64,000 bases of DNA, taken from positions 15,500,001-15,564,000 of the forward strand of contig NC_079167.1 in NCBI RefSeq assembly GCF_947568905.1, written 5' to 3'. How positions within the stretch are numbered: position 1 is the first letter of the stretch; each line of letters starts with the position of its first letter. A program made the translations under genes and the position numbers. Of this stretch, positions 13,917-27,314 are shown piece after piece. Below the pieces are notes generated by a model, which was given only the letters and a program-made list of their open reading frames with translations, was not told where the DNA came from and searched no databases. Origin of the DNA: Ostrea edulis. Lineage: Eukaryota.

Positions 13917-15871
13917 GTTTATTTATATCCAGTCATTTGCAGAGTGGACTGGTGTTTGTCAAGTCATGATCTTGGACATGAATGAAAATTTTATTTCTGC
14001 TTGGGTAAGGTGGCTCAGGTGAGCATTATGGCCTTTTGTTTTATTGTATACCTGTGATCTTTTTTAAAGATTTAAATTTTTTTTCAGTGGTAATGGTTTT
14101 GTATTTTCAAGTAGTGAATGTATCATGTGTATGACAGATGTTGTAGGTGCTAGATCACGTGAAAACTAATTAGCTGTTTCAGATTCTATGCAAACTTTAT
14201 AGTATATATATTACAATGCATATTTCTGTTTAGATTTTCTGATTGTTTTAAAATTATGCCATACACGTATTTCACCAGGATAAGGTGTGTGAATTCTCTA
14301 CTACATGGTTTCTGTAAATAGAATTGCAGTATTAAGACATTATAACCAGCATATCTTTGTACAATGTATTATAGTCTGGTGGGATTGTCTTTCCTTTTGA
14401 TTATGGTATAAAATGTGTATGATTATGCAGACTCTCAGCATTGGTGAACAAAATCATATTGACTTTATTGTCGGTTTTTGTTTTTTTTTTTTTTTTTTTT
14501 ATTTCCTGTCAAATGTTGACTGTACTTTATTGTTTTGAAGAAGATAATAAAAATGAACAGTATTTACATGTATATAGCTATAAAACTAGCAGATTGCACA
14601 GGTAAAAACTAGCAGATTACATAGGTACGCTGCTCAACAGTTCTCTATGTGCTTTATCGATAAATGACCAAAGGTTTGCATTCAAACATTTGTACTGATT
14701 TGAAATAGGGCATAAATTCACAATCCTTGCAGAAATTGTTTACTACGAAAAGTAAGACATATACATAGTTTGGCAAAATTTCCATCAATATAATGCTAAA
14801 CATTTTTGTGTAGATTTTCTGTTTCTCATTAGATTACTAATTATATAACAAATAAACAGTGCATAGCAGTTGGTTAATTTATAAATATAATTCATGTCAT
14901 CAAGATATTCATATAAGAAATAAATTTCATTTTTGAAAATACACAAGGTATGAATTGCGATGCTTTAGGCTATCATACTTCATGAAGCGTACGCGTTAGC
15001 ATTTCATAAAAAGTATACTGGTGTGACGCATTGCTGTTCATACCCTGGTGTATTTTCAAACATTTTAACCTTGGTTATATCTCTTATACCATTAGAGGTA
15101 AAGCTTTCATATTTGGTATGTGTATTCCCTGTGGCAAGGCCTTTCCATTGACACCAAAATATTTGACCTGGTGACCTTCACCTACTTTTAGAAAATTTGA
15201 ATATAAGCCACATTTTCAGATGGTTAGAGGTACTGCTTTTATATTTAGCATGTGCATTTTTTGTGAGAAGACCTTTCCAATGATACCAAATTTGTTGACA
15301 TTGACCTAGTTTTTGGAAATTTAAAAAAAAAAAACTACTTTGCATGGTCATATCTTTTACACCAAAGAGGTAGACCTTTCATATTTGGTATGTGTATTCC
15401 TTGTGGCAAGACCCGATTACAACAAATTGGAATTGCAAGACATTGTTGGTCAAGGTCAACAAATCTGGTATCGTTGGAAAGGTCTTTTCACAAAAAATGC
15501 ACATGCTTGGTATAAAAACAGTGCCTCTTACAATTTGAAAGATATGGGTTATCGAACTTTCTAAAAGTTGGTCAAAGGTCACCAGGTCAAAAGATCAGTG
15601 TTTCACAAACATCTTCTTTATATTTACACTTTACTTTCATTTCCATTGGAATATTTCCAGCCGTAAATAGTAGTAGTTGTACTGTGTTATTATCAAGATT
15701 CATACATGCATATTCGTTCACATTCATGGTTATGAATGGCTATCATTTTGATTTGTGATGATATCGAAGGTAAAAACATTAGAAATGTAAATATATTGAT
15801 ACAGTATGTACATAACATGATGTATAATATACATCTACACTATACAAATCCCGCTCATCATACATGTTCTG

Positions 15872-16944
15872 TTAGACTACGTCAGGCTGTTCATTCCACG
15901 CGTTGAGTTTGCTCTCTTTTGAGGACATCGGACTATTAAGACTGCTGTTGAAAAACTTTGGAGCCGTTAATTTCTTTTCGTCTTTTGACGCTTTACTTTT
16001 GTCTTCTTTCACGTTATTCCGATTTTTAATCAGAGGCTCTGGCGTCCAGGCGAATGAAAATTCAGAATTAGCATCTTCTTCACCATAGTCACTGAACGAA
16101 TCGTACATTGAAACCATATCCTCTGAATCGTTAGATGTCGCTGTGCGCTCCTCCGATGTGGAGTTACTGATTTTATGTGTCAGTTTAGGTTTGCCTCTCG
16201 CTTGTTCTGAAAGCTCACTGTACTGTTTTTGGATTGTAAAGGCAATTTTTATACCGGACAAGAAGTCGTCACCTTCATTTTCGCAAATATGCAGTGCTTC
16301 CATACAATTTTCTGAATTTTTCAATATTGCGTCATTCAAACAAATTTTAAATCGAATGGGACTTTTGCACTGAAGTTCCAGGAGCGTTGCAGTGCAGTTT
16401 AGCGTCGCCGCCAATACGGACTGTTCTTCGATGACGCGGACACATTTCATGACGCTGGAATACGTGGACGCTATAATTGGCAATTCACCGAAAGTATGTC
16501 GGATCAATAGAGGGAATTGATCCTTCTTGTCAATTAGATCTTCAGTCTTCAACAATCCGCTGCCATTCTCTTCGCTTTCGAAAATCCTGTAGAAGCATCC
16601 CCCTTGCGTAACGTCAATTAAAACGCTCTCGTCTTTCTCGTCTGCACAGATGAGAATTTTGTCAGATGACCGAGTGCGCCCGTCATTTCGAATTTCATCA
16701 TATTTGGTCTTTATTTGAGCACTTTGTTTGCGCTTCCCCTCGAACAATCCTCTGACGGTGAAAATTTCTCCACTCTTCACATGTCGTCTGACTATTCTTG
16801 GGGATTCATTACCAATTGCCACCAAAGACAAACAGCTCAAGCTCCTGGCAGAGAGAAACTGGTTGGCTTCGCTTTCAACTACCGATTCCAGTGTGGTGTC
16901 GGGTGTTGACTTTTCAGAGGGACTGTTTATTACTTGAAACCAGC
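15872..16944 (-). CDS. CABIT-domain protein A (THEMIS/GAREM-like), exon 2
   Basis: cctgtag acceptor at 16945; open frame to TAA at 15872. Contains LICADEKDESVLIDVTQGGCF (CABIT core variant) and FPLLIRHTFGELP...LLELQCKSPIRF, followed by a Ser/acidic tail. Confidence 0.8.
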
Positions 16945-17265
16945 CTACAGGTAAAATGTGTATGTCTATTCATTTGACTAAAAACTCTTCAATTTTTTAT
17001 AAATATATTCACGTGCATTTGAATCGACTTTAAAATTACAGGAGTGATATGATGAGGAAAAAGCTATGTCTTGGTTTTCATATAGTAATAAAATAAGATC
17101 ACACAAGAAAGGAGTAGAAATCCTTTATTTCTTTTTTTCCTAATTGTGAAAACTGCTTATTTTCCTGAAGTAATATGTATTTCAAAGAAAAGATCTCGAG
17201 TTTATGATGACTTATATTTAAAGTTATTAACCATTATACGAATAGAGAAAAAAGTGAACAGTTAC

Positions 17266-17587
17266 CCTCATAGTCCTCGGGGATGACATACTGTGGGTGT
17301 ATTTCCGTGATCTGCCCAGACGAGGCTTCCCTCTGGAGACAACTCACCCGAATTTTCCGGGTCCACTTTCTAGAATGGAGCAATAAAGGTTCTGCCAGAT
17401 CAAACCGAAACTGATCACCATGTTCAACAGTAGGTGTTGCGTCGCTACAACGCACAACAAGAGGAAGTTTAAAGTTATCTACGATATCGCCCAGTGTATA
17501 ATTCTGGACACTCCACTGCATGTCCGAGAGGTCCACTCCATTGCTTTCTGTTCGCTTCAGGATGTTGGTCAGTTTTCGTTTGAACAT
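17266..17587 (-). CDS. CABIT-domain protein A, exon 1
   Basis: ATG at 17587 and G|gtaac donor, phase 1. QWSVQNYTLGDIVDNFKLPLVV...PLLLHS...YVIPEDYEG resembles the GAREM N-terminus (KWS...L..LV..Y.LPQI...LLIHS...IPVHYAG). The spliced CDS is 1395 nt (464 aa). The start codon is not certain. Confidence 0.8.
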
Positions 17588-18445
17588 TCGGAAAAGTCTA
17601 CATCTATTCGTCAAAATTCGTTTCACTGTTGACTTTCAATAACAACAAATCCAGGGTTCCTCTTTGTGCAGTTGACGACGTTTTAATTCACTTGATGAAA
17701 TAAATCGGTCTTTCGAAACGCCTCGATGAGCCTGTATTTTTTTCCATGCATTTTTGAAATATATCACAGGAAATTAGCATATGTATACTACCCAACCGGT
17801 ATCGATATAAGAAATAATGTCCACATCATATCACGCACAACTTTACCTTTGTGAGACAATGTTAGGGATATCCACCAGGCATTTTATTTCAAGATTCACT
17901 GGAGATAAGAACGAGAATAGTGATAATAATTAGACAATTTACTGGAGGGCGTTTTGGTTGGATTTCTACAGGGAGCAGATAGGGTTATAATTGTGTGTAC
18001 TGATCAGTGAGGTGTGTTACTTTACACACAACTGTCATTCAAACAAGTCATACAGGCTGTTTACATTATCATTCCAACTTCTGAAAACGAAATATTAGAT
18101 CCGCCATCGGTGACGTTTTAGATGTACATGGGCTTTTTATTTTACCAATAGCAGTTTATGACTTTGAAAATTATGGTGTCAAACTTGACCAAGACATGAA
18201 AACAATTGAATCTGATTTTTTTTTAGTGAAGCTCGGATTTTATTTTGGGTAACTACTTGCTGTAACCCCCCCCCCCCTTAATTGCTTTGAGTATTTTATA
18301 TATATTTTACTAAATAAACAAATCTCACAGAGAAACCGTAAAATAAACTCAGAGAAACCAGACTTTAGAATGACCGAAATTTATCTTTGTGACGTTTGGT
18401 GCGATGCGTCTATACTTCAGTTGATCTGAAGTTGTTTTTTTTTTT

Positions 18446-19720
18446 AAAGCTCACCTGAGCTGAAAACTCAAGTGAGCTTTTCTGATCGCCTGTTGTCCGT
18501 CGTTTGTACGTCTATAAACTTTTTACATTTTCGACTTTTTTTCCAGAACCACTGGGCCAAACTTGACCAAAAGCGTCATTGGGTGAAGGGCTTTCAAGTT
18601 TGTTCAAATAAGGGTCATGCCCCTTTCAAAGGGGAGATAATCACAAAAATGCAAATATAGGGTGGGGTAATTTAAAAATCTTCTTCTCAAGAACCACTGG
18701 TCCAGAAGAGCTGAAATTTACATGAAAGCTTCCTGACATAGTGCAGAATCAAGTTTGTTAAAACCATGACCCCCGGGGTGGGATGGGGCCACAATAGGGG
18801 ATCAAAGTTTTACATACAAATATATAGGGATATTTTTTTTTTTAAATCTTCTTCTCAAGAACCACTTGGCCAGGAAAGTATAAATGTACATAAAAGCCTC
18901 CTAACATAGTGCAGATTCAAGTTTGTTAAAATCATGATCCCTGGGGGGTTGGGATGGGCCACAATAGGAGATCAATGTTTCACATACAAATATGTAGGGA
19001 AAATCATTAAAATTCTTCTCCTCAAGAACCACTGGGCCAGGAAAGTACAAATGTACATGACAGCTTCCTGACATAGTGCAGATTCAAGTTTGTTAAAATC
19101 ATGGCCCTGGGGGTAGGATGGGGCCACAATAGGGATCACAGTTTTACATACAAATATATAGGGAATTTATTTTAAAATCTTATTCTCAAGAACCACTGAG
19201 CCAGAAATATGAAAACATGAAAGCTTCCTTATATAGTGCAGATATTCAAGTTTGTCAAAATCATGGTCCCCAGGGGTAGGGTGGGGCCACAATAGGGGAC
19301 AAAGTTTTACATACATATAGGGAAAATCATTAAAATCTTCTTCTGAAGAATCACTGGGCCAGAAAAGTTTACATTTACGTGAAATTCTTCCTGGCATAGT
19401 TCAGATTAAAGTTTGTTAAAATCATCCCTCCCCCCTTTGGGGGAAGAGTGGGGCCACAATTGGGGATCAGAGTTTTACATACAAATATATAGAGAAAATC
19501 TTTTTAAAAATTCTTCTCAAGAACCATTGGGCCAGCGAAGTTTACATTTACATGAAAGCTTCTTGACATAGTGCAGATTCAAGTTTGTAAAAATCGTGAC
19601 ACCCGGGGTAGACTGAGGCCACAGTAGGGATCAAAGTTTTACATGCAAATATAATGGGGAAATCTTTAAATATGGGCCATGGTGACTCAGGTGTGCGATG
19701 TGGCCCATGGGCCTCTTGTT
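18446..19720 (+). mobile_element. Helentron-like non-autonomous element carrying ~6 copies of a ~158-173-bp satellite monomer (Cg170-like)
   Basis: Starts AAGCTCACCTGAGC...GTCCGTCG. TCTTCTCAAGAACCACTGGGCC recurs at 18679, 18847, 19014, 19178, 19336 and ~19509. Ends GATGTGGCCCATGGGCCTCTTGTT. The Cg170 identity is from memory, not from alignment. Confidence 0.75.
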
Positions 19721-19959
19721 ATTTCTATGTTATCCAAAATATACAAAAAAAGACATAAGTGGGAAATTTACAATCTCATAAAGCACATGTATTGAAACAA
19801 TACATGTTGCTGCAAAGATGAATCTGGACACGGTGAACCGTGCGTGGCTACACTGTGATAAAACTAATGCAATAATTTTCTCAAATAAGAAAATGACGAA
19901 ACTCAACGTTGTTTTTATTATAATCACCCAATAATTCATCTCAAACATGAATATAAATA

Positions 19960-21380
19960 TTTGGGAATTATTTTCATCTGTAATGGTAAACTTTAATATG
20001 CAGCTGAACAGCTAGCTGACCATGCACGGATAGCTTTTATGCAACAAAACATTCTTTAATCTTTTATGATAAATTATGCGTAAAAACTCTATTAAAACTT
20101 TATTCTGCTCTTACTGAACCTATCATTTTATATGGCTCTGAAATTTGGATTTCAGACTTTAATATCAACATGACCAACTACCCTTTGAAAAAAATACAGC
20201 AATTTTAAAATAATTAAAAACGTTTTGAGCGTACAGAAGAAAGCTTAAGATTTAGCCATTAAACATGAACCAAGAACTTTCTCCATCTGCATTATAGCTC
20301 TCCTCTCTGTTTAAATATTACAAAAGACTATAAACCTATGATTATGAAAATAGTATTAAAAATCCAATACTCACTGCCGCTAAATTGGAAGATTGATTGT
20401 GGATTGTTTTGATGTTTTCCGCCACACTCAACAATTTTTCAGTTATCTGGTGGCGCCCAGTTTTTGTTGGTTGAAGAGAGGAGATACCATGTACCTGGGA
20501 CACCGACCTTCTGAAAGTAAACTGGGGAATTTTTTCACTTACCGGCGCGAGCGGGATTCAAACCCGCGCCGACCAGAGGTGAGAGGCCGTGTGATTTTGA
20601 GCGCAATGCTCTAACCACTCGGCCACGGAGGCCCCTAAATTAGAAGATGATAACCTTTATGACACTGAAATACACTGATACATATAAAAAAGTTAAGAGC
20701 TAGACTAAATCTTTCATCATTAGCACATTTTACAACTATTTGAAGAATGACTATATCGATAGTTTTAACATGCAACTACAAAACACTGAATTTTCTACAC
20801 GTGGAAAACTTCTCCTTTACAGTAAAATTAGAAAGAACTAAGAATTACAAGACTATTTAAAATTTCCAATTGTGAAAGAAGTACGCTCTAAATTAATAAA
20901 GCTAAGAATATCTGCCCACCCTTTAGGAATTGAAACTTTTAGATATTTAAAACCATATATTCAAAAAGAACGTCGGTTTTTTCGGTGAACTACTGTTGAA
21001 GAAGGTTTTTTTTATATGATTGCTTTATGCTTAAAGATATTTTTTAAAAAAATTACCTTTTAAACATCTACAACTCAATGGGAAAACCATTGCAAAATAC
21101 TACATGTACGTACCCTGTCAATACATTTCATTCTAGAAGGTTATTTGAATGTTTACATGATTATTTTGAATTGTGCAATAAAAGTAGAGTGCTATAATTA
21201 TACTACTAGTGTTATATGCAATACTAAATTGCATATATACAGTTTGACGTCACATGTACATGTTAAATGTATACATATTTACATCTGTATATGAGCTGTT
21301 CGTACTTAGTTTATTATCATTATATATCTCATATTCTTCAACATGATTGTATGCCAACATTTTTGGTGAATCAATAAATC
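19960..21380 (+). mobile_element. Old CR1/L2-group LINE 3' remnant, interrupted by a SINE
   Basis: Fragments FYDKLCVKTLLKLYSALTEPIILYGSEIW and SKIRKN*ELQDYLKFPIVKEVRSKLIKLRISAHPLGIETFRY are typical of the post-RT region of these LINEs. Many stops; boundaries are approximate. Confidence 0.6.
20394..20635 (-). mobile_element. tRNA-derived SINE
   Basis: Minus-strand head GGGGCCTCCGTGGCCGAGTGGTTAGAG (A box) ... GGGTTTGAATCCC (B box), with a CAAT-type tail. 13-bp TSD TAAATT(G/A)GAAGAT at 20381-20393 and 20636-20648. Confidence 0.8.
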
Positions 21381-21419
21381 GAATTTTGTCCTCTCCCCCT
21401 TCCTGCGTCTAACGCAAGT

Positions 21420-22048
21420 ACTTTTTTATACCCCCCGCATACTGGAATCGGGTTGTCCGTCTGTCTGTCCGTCCGTCCGTCTGTAGACGCAATGGTTTCC
21501 GGGCTCTAAAGGATTATCCTTTCCACCTACCGTCACCATATCATATATATGGACTACCCATGGGATGAAGATGTTCCCTATCGATTTTGGGGTCAAAGGT
21601 CAAGCGCACTGGACATCGAAGTAGCAATATGGTTTCCGGACTCTAAAGCGTTATCCTTTCCACCTACAGTCACCATATCATACATATGGACTACCCATGG
21701 GATGAAGATGTTCCCTATCGATTTTAGGGTCAAAAGGTCAAAGGTCAAGCGCACTGGACATCGAAGTAGCAATATGGTTTCCGGGCTCTAAAGCGTTATC
21801 CTTTCCACCTACAGTCACCATATCATACATATGGACTACCCATGGGATGAAGATGTTCCCTATCGATTTTGGGGTCAAAGGTCAAAGGTCACGCGCACTG
21901 GACATCGAAGTAGCAATATGGTTCGGTTTGTCATGCCATTTGTTTTTTACACTCAGAAAAGAGGTAGTTTATACCTATTACCAACACCCTTTGGGAGATT
22001 GGGGTAAGCGGGGGGTATTCTTAGTGAGCATTGCTCACAGTACCTCTT
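21420..22048 (+). mobile_element. HINE/pearl-like non-autonomous element with a GTCC microsatellite and 3 x ~137-145-bp repeats
   Basis: TTTTATACCCCCCGC start and (GTCT/GTCC)n tract. ATGGTTTCCGG modules at 21492, 21629 and 21774. GTGAGCATTGCTCAC hairpin and CTCTTGTT end. Confidence 0.65.
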
Positions 22049-22144
22049 GTTTCTTTTTTTTTTTTTATAATCAACTGACTCCCCCACCCCACCCACCCCC
22101 ACCCCTGTGTTATATCATGTATGTTGCCGTGGACACATGCTTCA

Positions 22145-22700
22145 AATTGTTATAGCATGTATTTTACAATAGATACAGGCTTCAGATCGTTATATCATGA
22201 TTTTTACAATTATTTGATTGATTGATTGAATATTGTTTAACGTCCCTCTCGAGAATTTTTCACTCATATGAAGACGTCACCATTGCCGGCGTAGGGTTGC
22301 AAAATTTAGGCCTATGCTCGGCACTTACGGCTTTTGAGCAGGGAGGGGTCTTTATCGTGCCACACCTGCGGTGACACGGAACCTCGGTTTTTGCGGTCTC
22401 ACCCGAAGGACCGCCCCATTTAGTGCCTCTTACGACAAGCAAGGGGTACTGAGGACCTATTCTAACCCGGATCCCCACGGGACTACAATTAATAGATACA
22501 GGCTTCAGATCGTTATAGCATGTATTTTACAATAGATACATACTTTAGATCGTTATAGCATGTATCTTACAATAGATACAGACTTCAGATCGTCATATCA
22601 TGTATTTTACTATAGATACAGGCTTCAGATCGTCATATCATGTATCTTACTATAGATACAGACTTTCAGATCGTCATATCATGTATTTTACAAAAGATAC
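22145..22700. repeat. 40-bp minisatellite, interrupted by a SINE
   Basis: Unit AATAGATACAGGCTTCAGATCGTTATAGCATGTATTTTAC with period 40 (22491, 22531...). It is present on both sides of 22213-22483. Confidence 0.8.
22213..22483 (-). mobile_element. SINE-like retroposon without a tRNA head
   Basis: 8-bp TSD TACAATTA at 22205-22212 and 22484-22491, and a (CAAT)n tail. Homologous to 32526-32752 and to the 3' half of 33083-33414. Confidence 0.75.
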
Positions 22701-23751
22701 TTCCGATGGATTATGGATTTAAGAACATACACTGCTTTATATTCACAACTGTTGGTGTTGCTTGTACCTTTGGACAAAAAGATGAAAACTATTATTTACA
22801 AAATCACAATGTTAAAACATAAAAATACTATCAATTCCGCGATGGAGAGTAATTAAATTAGGGGGTGGGGCACAGGCAATTATATCGCTTGGGTTCGAAT
22901 TTACTATTAAAGAATACTCTAATATATAGCAATTAGATCCCCAAGCGATATAAGTGCCTGTGGATGGGGGGTGGGGGGGGGGCACAGTTGACCTATTGTC
23001 TTTTGTCATCCGGGCGTACATGGGAGATCCAATGATCCATGCAGTCCTCATCGATTTACTAATTGCCTCTCACTTTTTTAAATTATTATCCTCTGTCCTT
23101 TATGCATATTGTATGTAGAAACTTAACTGTTCTTACGGTTTTCATTTTCCGGCAACTGTTTGGCAATGTTCCCAGATTATATTTATGTAGACAAATGCTT
23201 CAAACTTTCGTCTTATTGGTATTTCATCGACATAATCGCTTTCATTATCAATTTACGAAATCTCACAAAAACATTGCTTATTTTATACGTCCTATTTCTT
23301 CGAGGTACGGGATTATGTCCAGTAAAATTAAATTGTTTCTATCGTATTCAGGGTCGTAATCTTGGATGCACTATGCAATGGCAATACATTAATGTAATAG
23401 CAATAATAATACGACCTGAATAGGCCCCGAATTCTTTTCAGAATCTATTGAACCGGTTCATAAAAAGATCGCTGGCACAATCAGTGTTTACTATCCCGTC
23501 AGCAAACTGGAAAGACGGGGTTAGTGCTTTGCTCGTTCATATGGTATGATTTACTTAACTATTTATATCCGGAGATTGGAAAGAATTTACTTGGCACGTT
23601 CATGGAACATTGGTAGACCTGGTTTTTAAACAAGACATCGATCCGACCGGGACACTTGAAAAGAGTGTGTCTAGTGGAGCGAAGCTGATAGACGTGGGTA
23701 GTCTGTTTGATATTTCTAAATTCTATAAATGCTTTCCATTTTCCAGCAGAC

Positions 23752-24085
23752 ATGATGAACGGATCCACACACAGTCGGAGCAATTCCTGGAGAGAAAAGA
23801 ACAACGACTCTGCGGACGGACAGTCCAGAGCTCAGTGGAGCACACAGTCCTTCACCGCGGAGGACATTATCCAGCAGTTCGCGCTGCCACAGATTGTGAA
23901 ATGTAATCAGCAGGCCATTTTGGTCAAGCGAGATGTTCCACTACCAATTAACCTGGCACAACCGGTGCTGCTCCACGACAAACGAACGATCCGGAAGCTG
24001 TTGGCGAGAAACGTCGTACTGAATCCCGCTACCCAGCGTTATAGTGAAAATGACGAAACTGTCGTCATCCCCTCCGATTATGACG
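23752..24085 (+). CDS. CABIT-domain protein B, exon 1
   Basis: ATG at 23752, shortly after a ttttccag acceptor; G|gtagg donor, phase 1. Encodes QWSTQSFTAEDIIQQFALPQIVKC...PVLLHD...VVIPSDYDG. Confidence 0.85.
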
Positions 24086-24869
24086 GTAGGTTTCTGTATG
24101 ATTACATTATCATTTATTTTTATTTCCAATATCCACCCGGTCATTGTACGATGAGATATTTCGTTAAGCATTTTTACTCTGTAATAAATGTAGGATTATC
24201 CTAATGTATTTAAAATTCAACCTGTCAACCAAGTGAAACCTACATACAAATATGTAGAGTGCAATAGCAACATTTTAAACAAATCTCCGTTTTCGAATGA
24301 AAATAATCGTTATTTAGTTTTTATTAGGTTTATTGTGTTTCAAGTATTTTTAAAAAATATTATCACGTTTCAAATATTTCTAAAATATACCACCAGATGG
24401 CCGTTCCTCAAAATGCTCATTAAAATAGAGACTATTCAAAAGCACCCCAATTGAGAACATAGATGCGGATACCGGTATTTATTTAAACCAGTTGAATGCG
24501 TTTATTCGGTGTGTATTCAGTGGCTCTCATCTGTAGCTTCACACGGAGAGACAGTGTCACAGCAGATAGGCATTGTAATGCCGGTTCTTTGTTGTCAAAA
24601 CCAGTTGGGCAACATTGCTAAAACTGGTATTTGAGATAAGTTTAAATGATGAATATTTGTGTGCATTTACTAAAACGGTAAACATATCTATGAAATCTTT
24701 TTTTTTTTTTTAACGAAATCTATACTTTGACTTCTATAATCGTATTTTGTGCAAAGTTGTGTTAGCTTTTTATAAAACTAGTAAATAAATGGTATACACT
24801 GTACATGTATTTGCAAAATATGTAAGTCATTTCATAAACATACAAAACTCGAATTGATAACTTTAGGGG

Positions 24870-25370
24870 AAAACTTTGGTTATATTTTTGAATATTTTTG
24901 ATAGGGCTTTGACATTTCATATACAGAATCCTCACGTCCAGGTCTTTCATTTCGTAACTTGTGATCGAATGATCTCTACTTTGGACTAGCACACTCATAT
25001 ACAGATGACCACACTGACAAGACCTTTCTTTGGTATCAAAACTCTAGACTTAGTAACCTTGGCCTTGGGGACTTTGACCTACTTTTCTAAAACTTTGACC
25101 TTGGCGATATCTTTTGAACCAAGGAGGATAGGGCTTTGATATTTAACATATAGATTCCTCATGACCAGGCCTTTTTGTACCAAGACTTATGACTTAGTAA
25201 CCTTGACCTTGGACTTTGACCTACCTTCTAAGTTTTTAACTTTGGCTGCATATGTTTTGAGCCAAGGGGGTAGGGCTTTAATATTTCATATATAAATTCC
25301 TCAGGACCAGACCTTTAGTCCAAGATGTTTGACCTACTTTCAAAACTTTTGACCATGGTTATCATTTTTT
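24870..25370. mobile_element. Helentron-like repeat fragment in the intron of CABIT gene B
   Basis: Repeated TTGACCTTG/TTTGACCTACT and AGGGCTTTGATATTT modules. Related modules occur at ~15040-15600 and 63830-64000. Confidence 0.45.
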
Positions 25371-26487
25371 GACCCAGTGGGGACGGTATAGGTAGAATCA
25401 CGCTTTCCTGCCAGCTCTGTTGTCCTATGATAACTCTTGTTTTAAACCACTGTAGTTGGTCAAATTTGATGTTTATATAGTACAGTTTACATTGTCAGTA
25501 AAAATTAAAATAAAGTTTCATACATGTTGTGGTCTGTTAGAGAATCATTAATGATTGGTAATATTATCATTGTGAGAGTGATGGTTTAAAAAATGTTTGT
25601 ATTCACCTTCACATAATATTAATTTCATGTCGCTATCCTGTGAATTGCTGGTGCAAGATGAAGCAGAGTGTGAATATTCAAAAAGATATAAAATTTTGCT
25701 AGCAATTGCAATGCATTTCAAAACTAACAATATTAACCGATTCCGAAATTTCACGTGTCTAAACAACATGACACAGATGCTGAAACTAATATTATGTCTG
25801 TATGGATGTTCATGCCTATTTGAATATAATTTCCCTCTTATTTTAGATCTACTTTAATGAAGTTTAGTACATCTTTCTCTTCTATTTGTACACATCTATA
25901 TAAATTCATCTCTACATTCCTGAAATGTTTGGTGTGTCCAAATGTGGACTTGATCAATTTAATCCATATTCGTTTAACATTGTGAGAGTTTTAAATTATC
26001 CAGTAAATTCTTTAAGATTTCCTGAAGGCGAAATTCGTGGCAGTCACAATATTTAAAAACACACATTGCAACTTTAACTATTTAATCCCAAGGACATACA
26101 TTGTGCAATGGAAGTCCGTGAGAAGGTGTGCTAACACTTGAGACACAGCTCTTGAATTAAGATTCTGCTGTGCCCGTCATTTCAGAATTGCGTGGATATT
26201 AAAATGAAACATAAACAATTCCATGTAAGAAAAAATGAATTTAGAGCTCATTTTTAAATATACACGAGGAATTTATATTATCACGTAATTTAGCGATAAG
26301 CACCAATCGCGAAAGAAAGTACAGTTGTACTTAGCTTTCATTTTAGATTGCTGAACTTCTTGATCACCAGTCCATTTAGTCTCATGATTTGACGCCTACG
26401 AGTTATTTTGCGATATTAAATACTCGCGTGAAATATGGAATCTACTTTAAACACAAAGCAGTAACTTGATCCATTTCTACGTTACAG

Positions 26488-27314
26488 GTCTCTTTCTCCG
26501 TTTGCAGTCCAGGACAGCCAAAGACCACACATGTCACAAAAGCATCGAGTCTCTGGCTAAACATAAAGTCAGGGCATTCCTTAACCTCAGCAAAATGGCA
26601 GCTTTCCAAATCTCCAGGAATCCCCAGTCTAACGACTATCTCCAAATAAACTACACCCCAGGAAACGTATTCCTAGTGGAAAAAGTATTCCAAGGGTCCG
26701 CCCGCGTCAAGTCTGAGTCCATTCTGTCTCGGAAATCCACGCAAATTCAACAAATCAAATATCTAAAATGCAAAGATGAAAAGGATGTGGATGTTTTAAT
26801 TCCGATGTCGCAGCCAGGGGAGTTTATCGAAGCGCTTTCGAGTCCCACGGGTAACGGACGAATGTCTGTCAATGCTGAGAGCCTTATTGCTACGCAGAAG
26901 TTTCCAATCGTTATCCGCTTTATCAGCGGCAGAAACAGACCACGTCTGACGTCATTCTCGGGGCTTTTCACACTTTTAGACTCTTTTGAAGAAACGACCT
27001 TGTTTGGTTGCATTCTGGACCCACACGGTTTCACGATGCTGGAACTTCCGGTTTCTTCACCTCTGACTTTTCAGTTAGCACTCAATACGCATGATCTGTA
27101 TTCACACCCCGTGGTGAAGAAAGCTTTGCGCTTATGTGACGCAAAAGGACACGCGTATTTCAGAGAATTGAAGTATAAATTTAAATTTGCTCAAAGAATT
27201 CTTCAAATAAGCGGAAGACGAATTGAGCCGGAAGACGAAAACGATCCCGGTGATCCACCAAGTGCTGCAAATTCTGCCAAGTTCGGAGTGACCACCACTT
27301 ATATTTACCTGTGA
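26488..27314 (+). CDS. CABIT-domain protein B, exon 2
   Basis: gttacag acceptor; open to TGA at 27314. YLKCKDEKDVDVLIPMSQPGEF matches the CABIT core phi-x-C-x7-phi-x-(L/I)P-phi-x3-G-x-F. The spliced CDS is 1161 nt (386 aa). Confidence 0.85.

Noticed and set aside
20560-20635. tRNA genes (also 33083-33150)
   Set aside because: They have A/B boxes but no complete cloverleaf, and they continue into SINE bodies with tails and TSDs.
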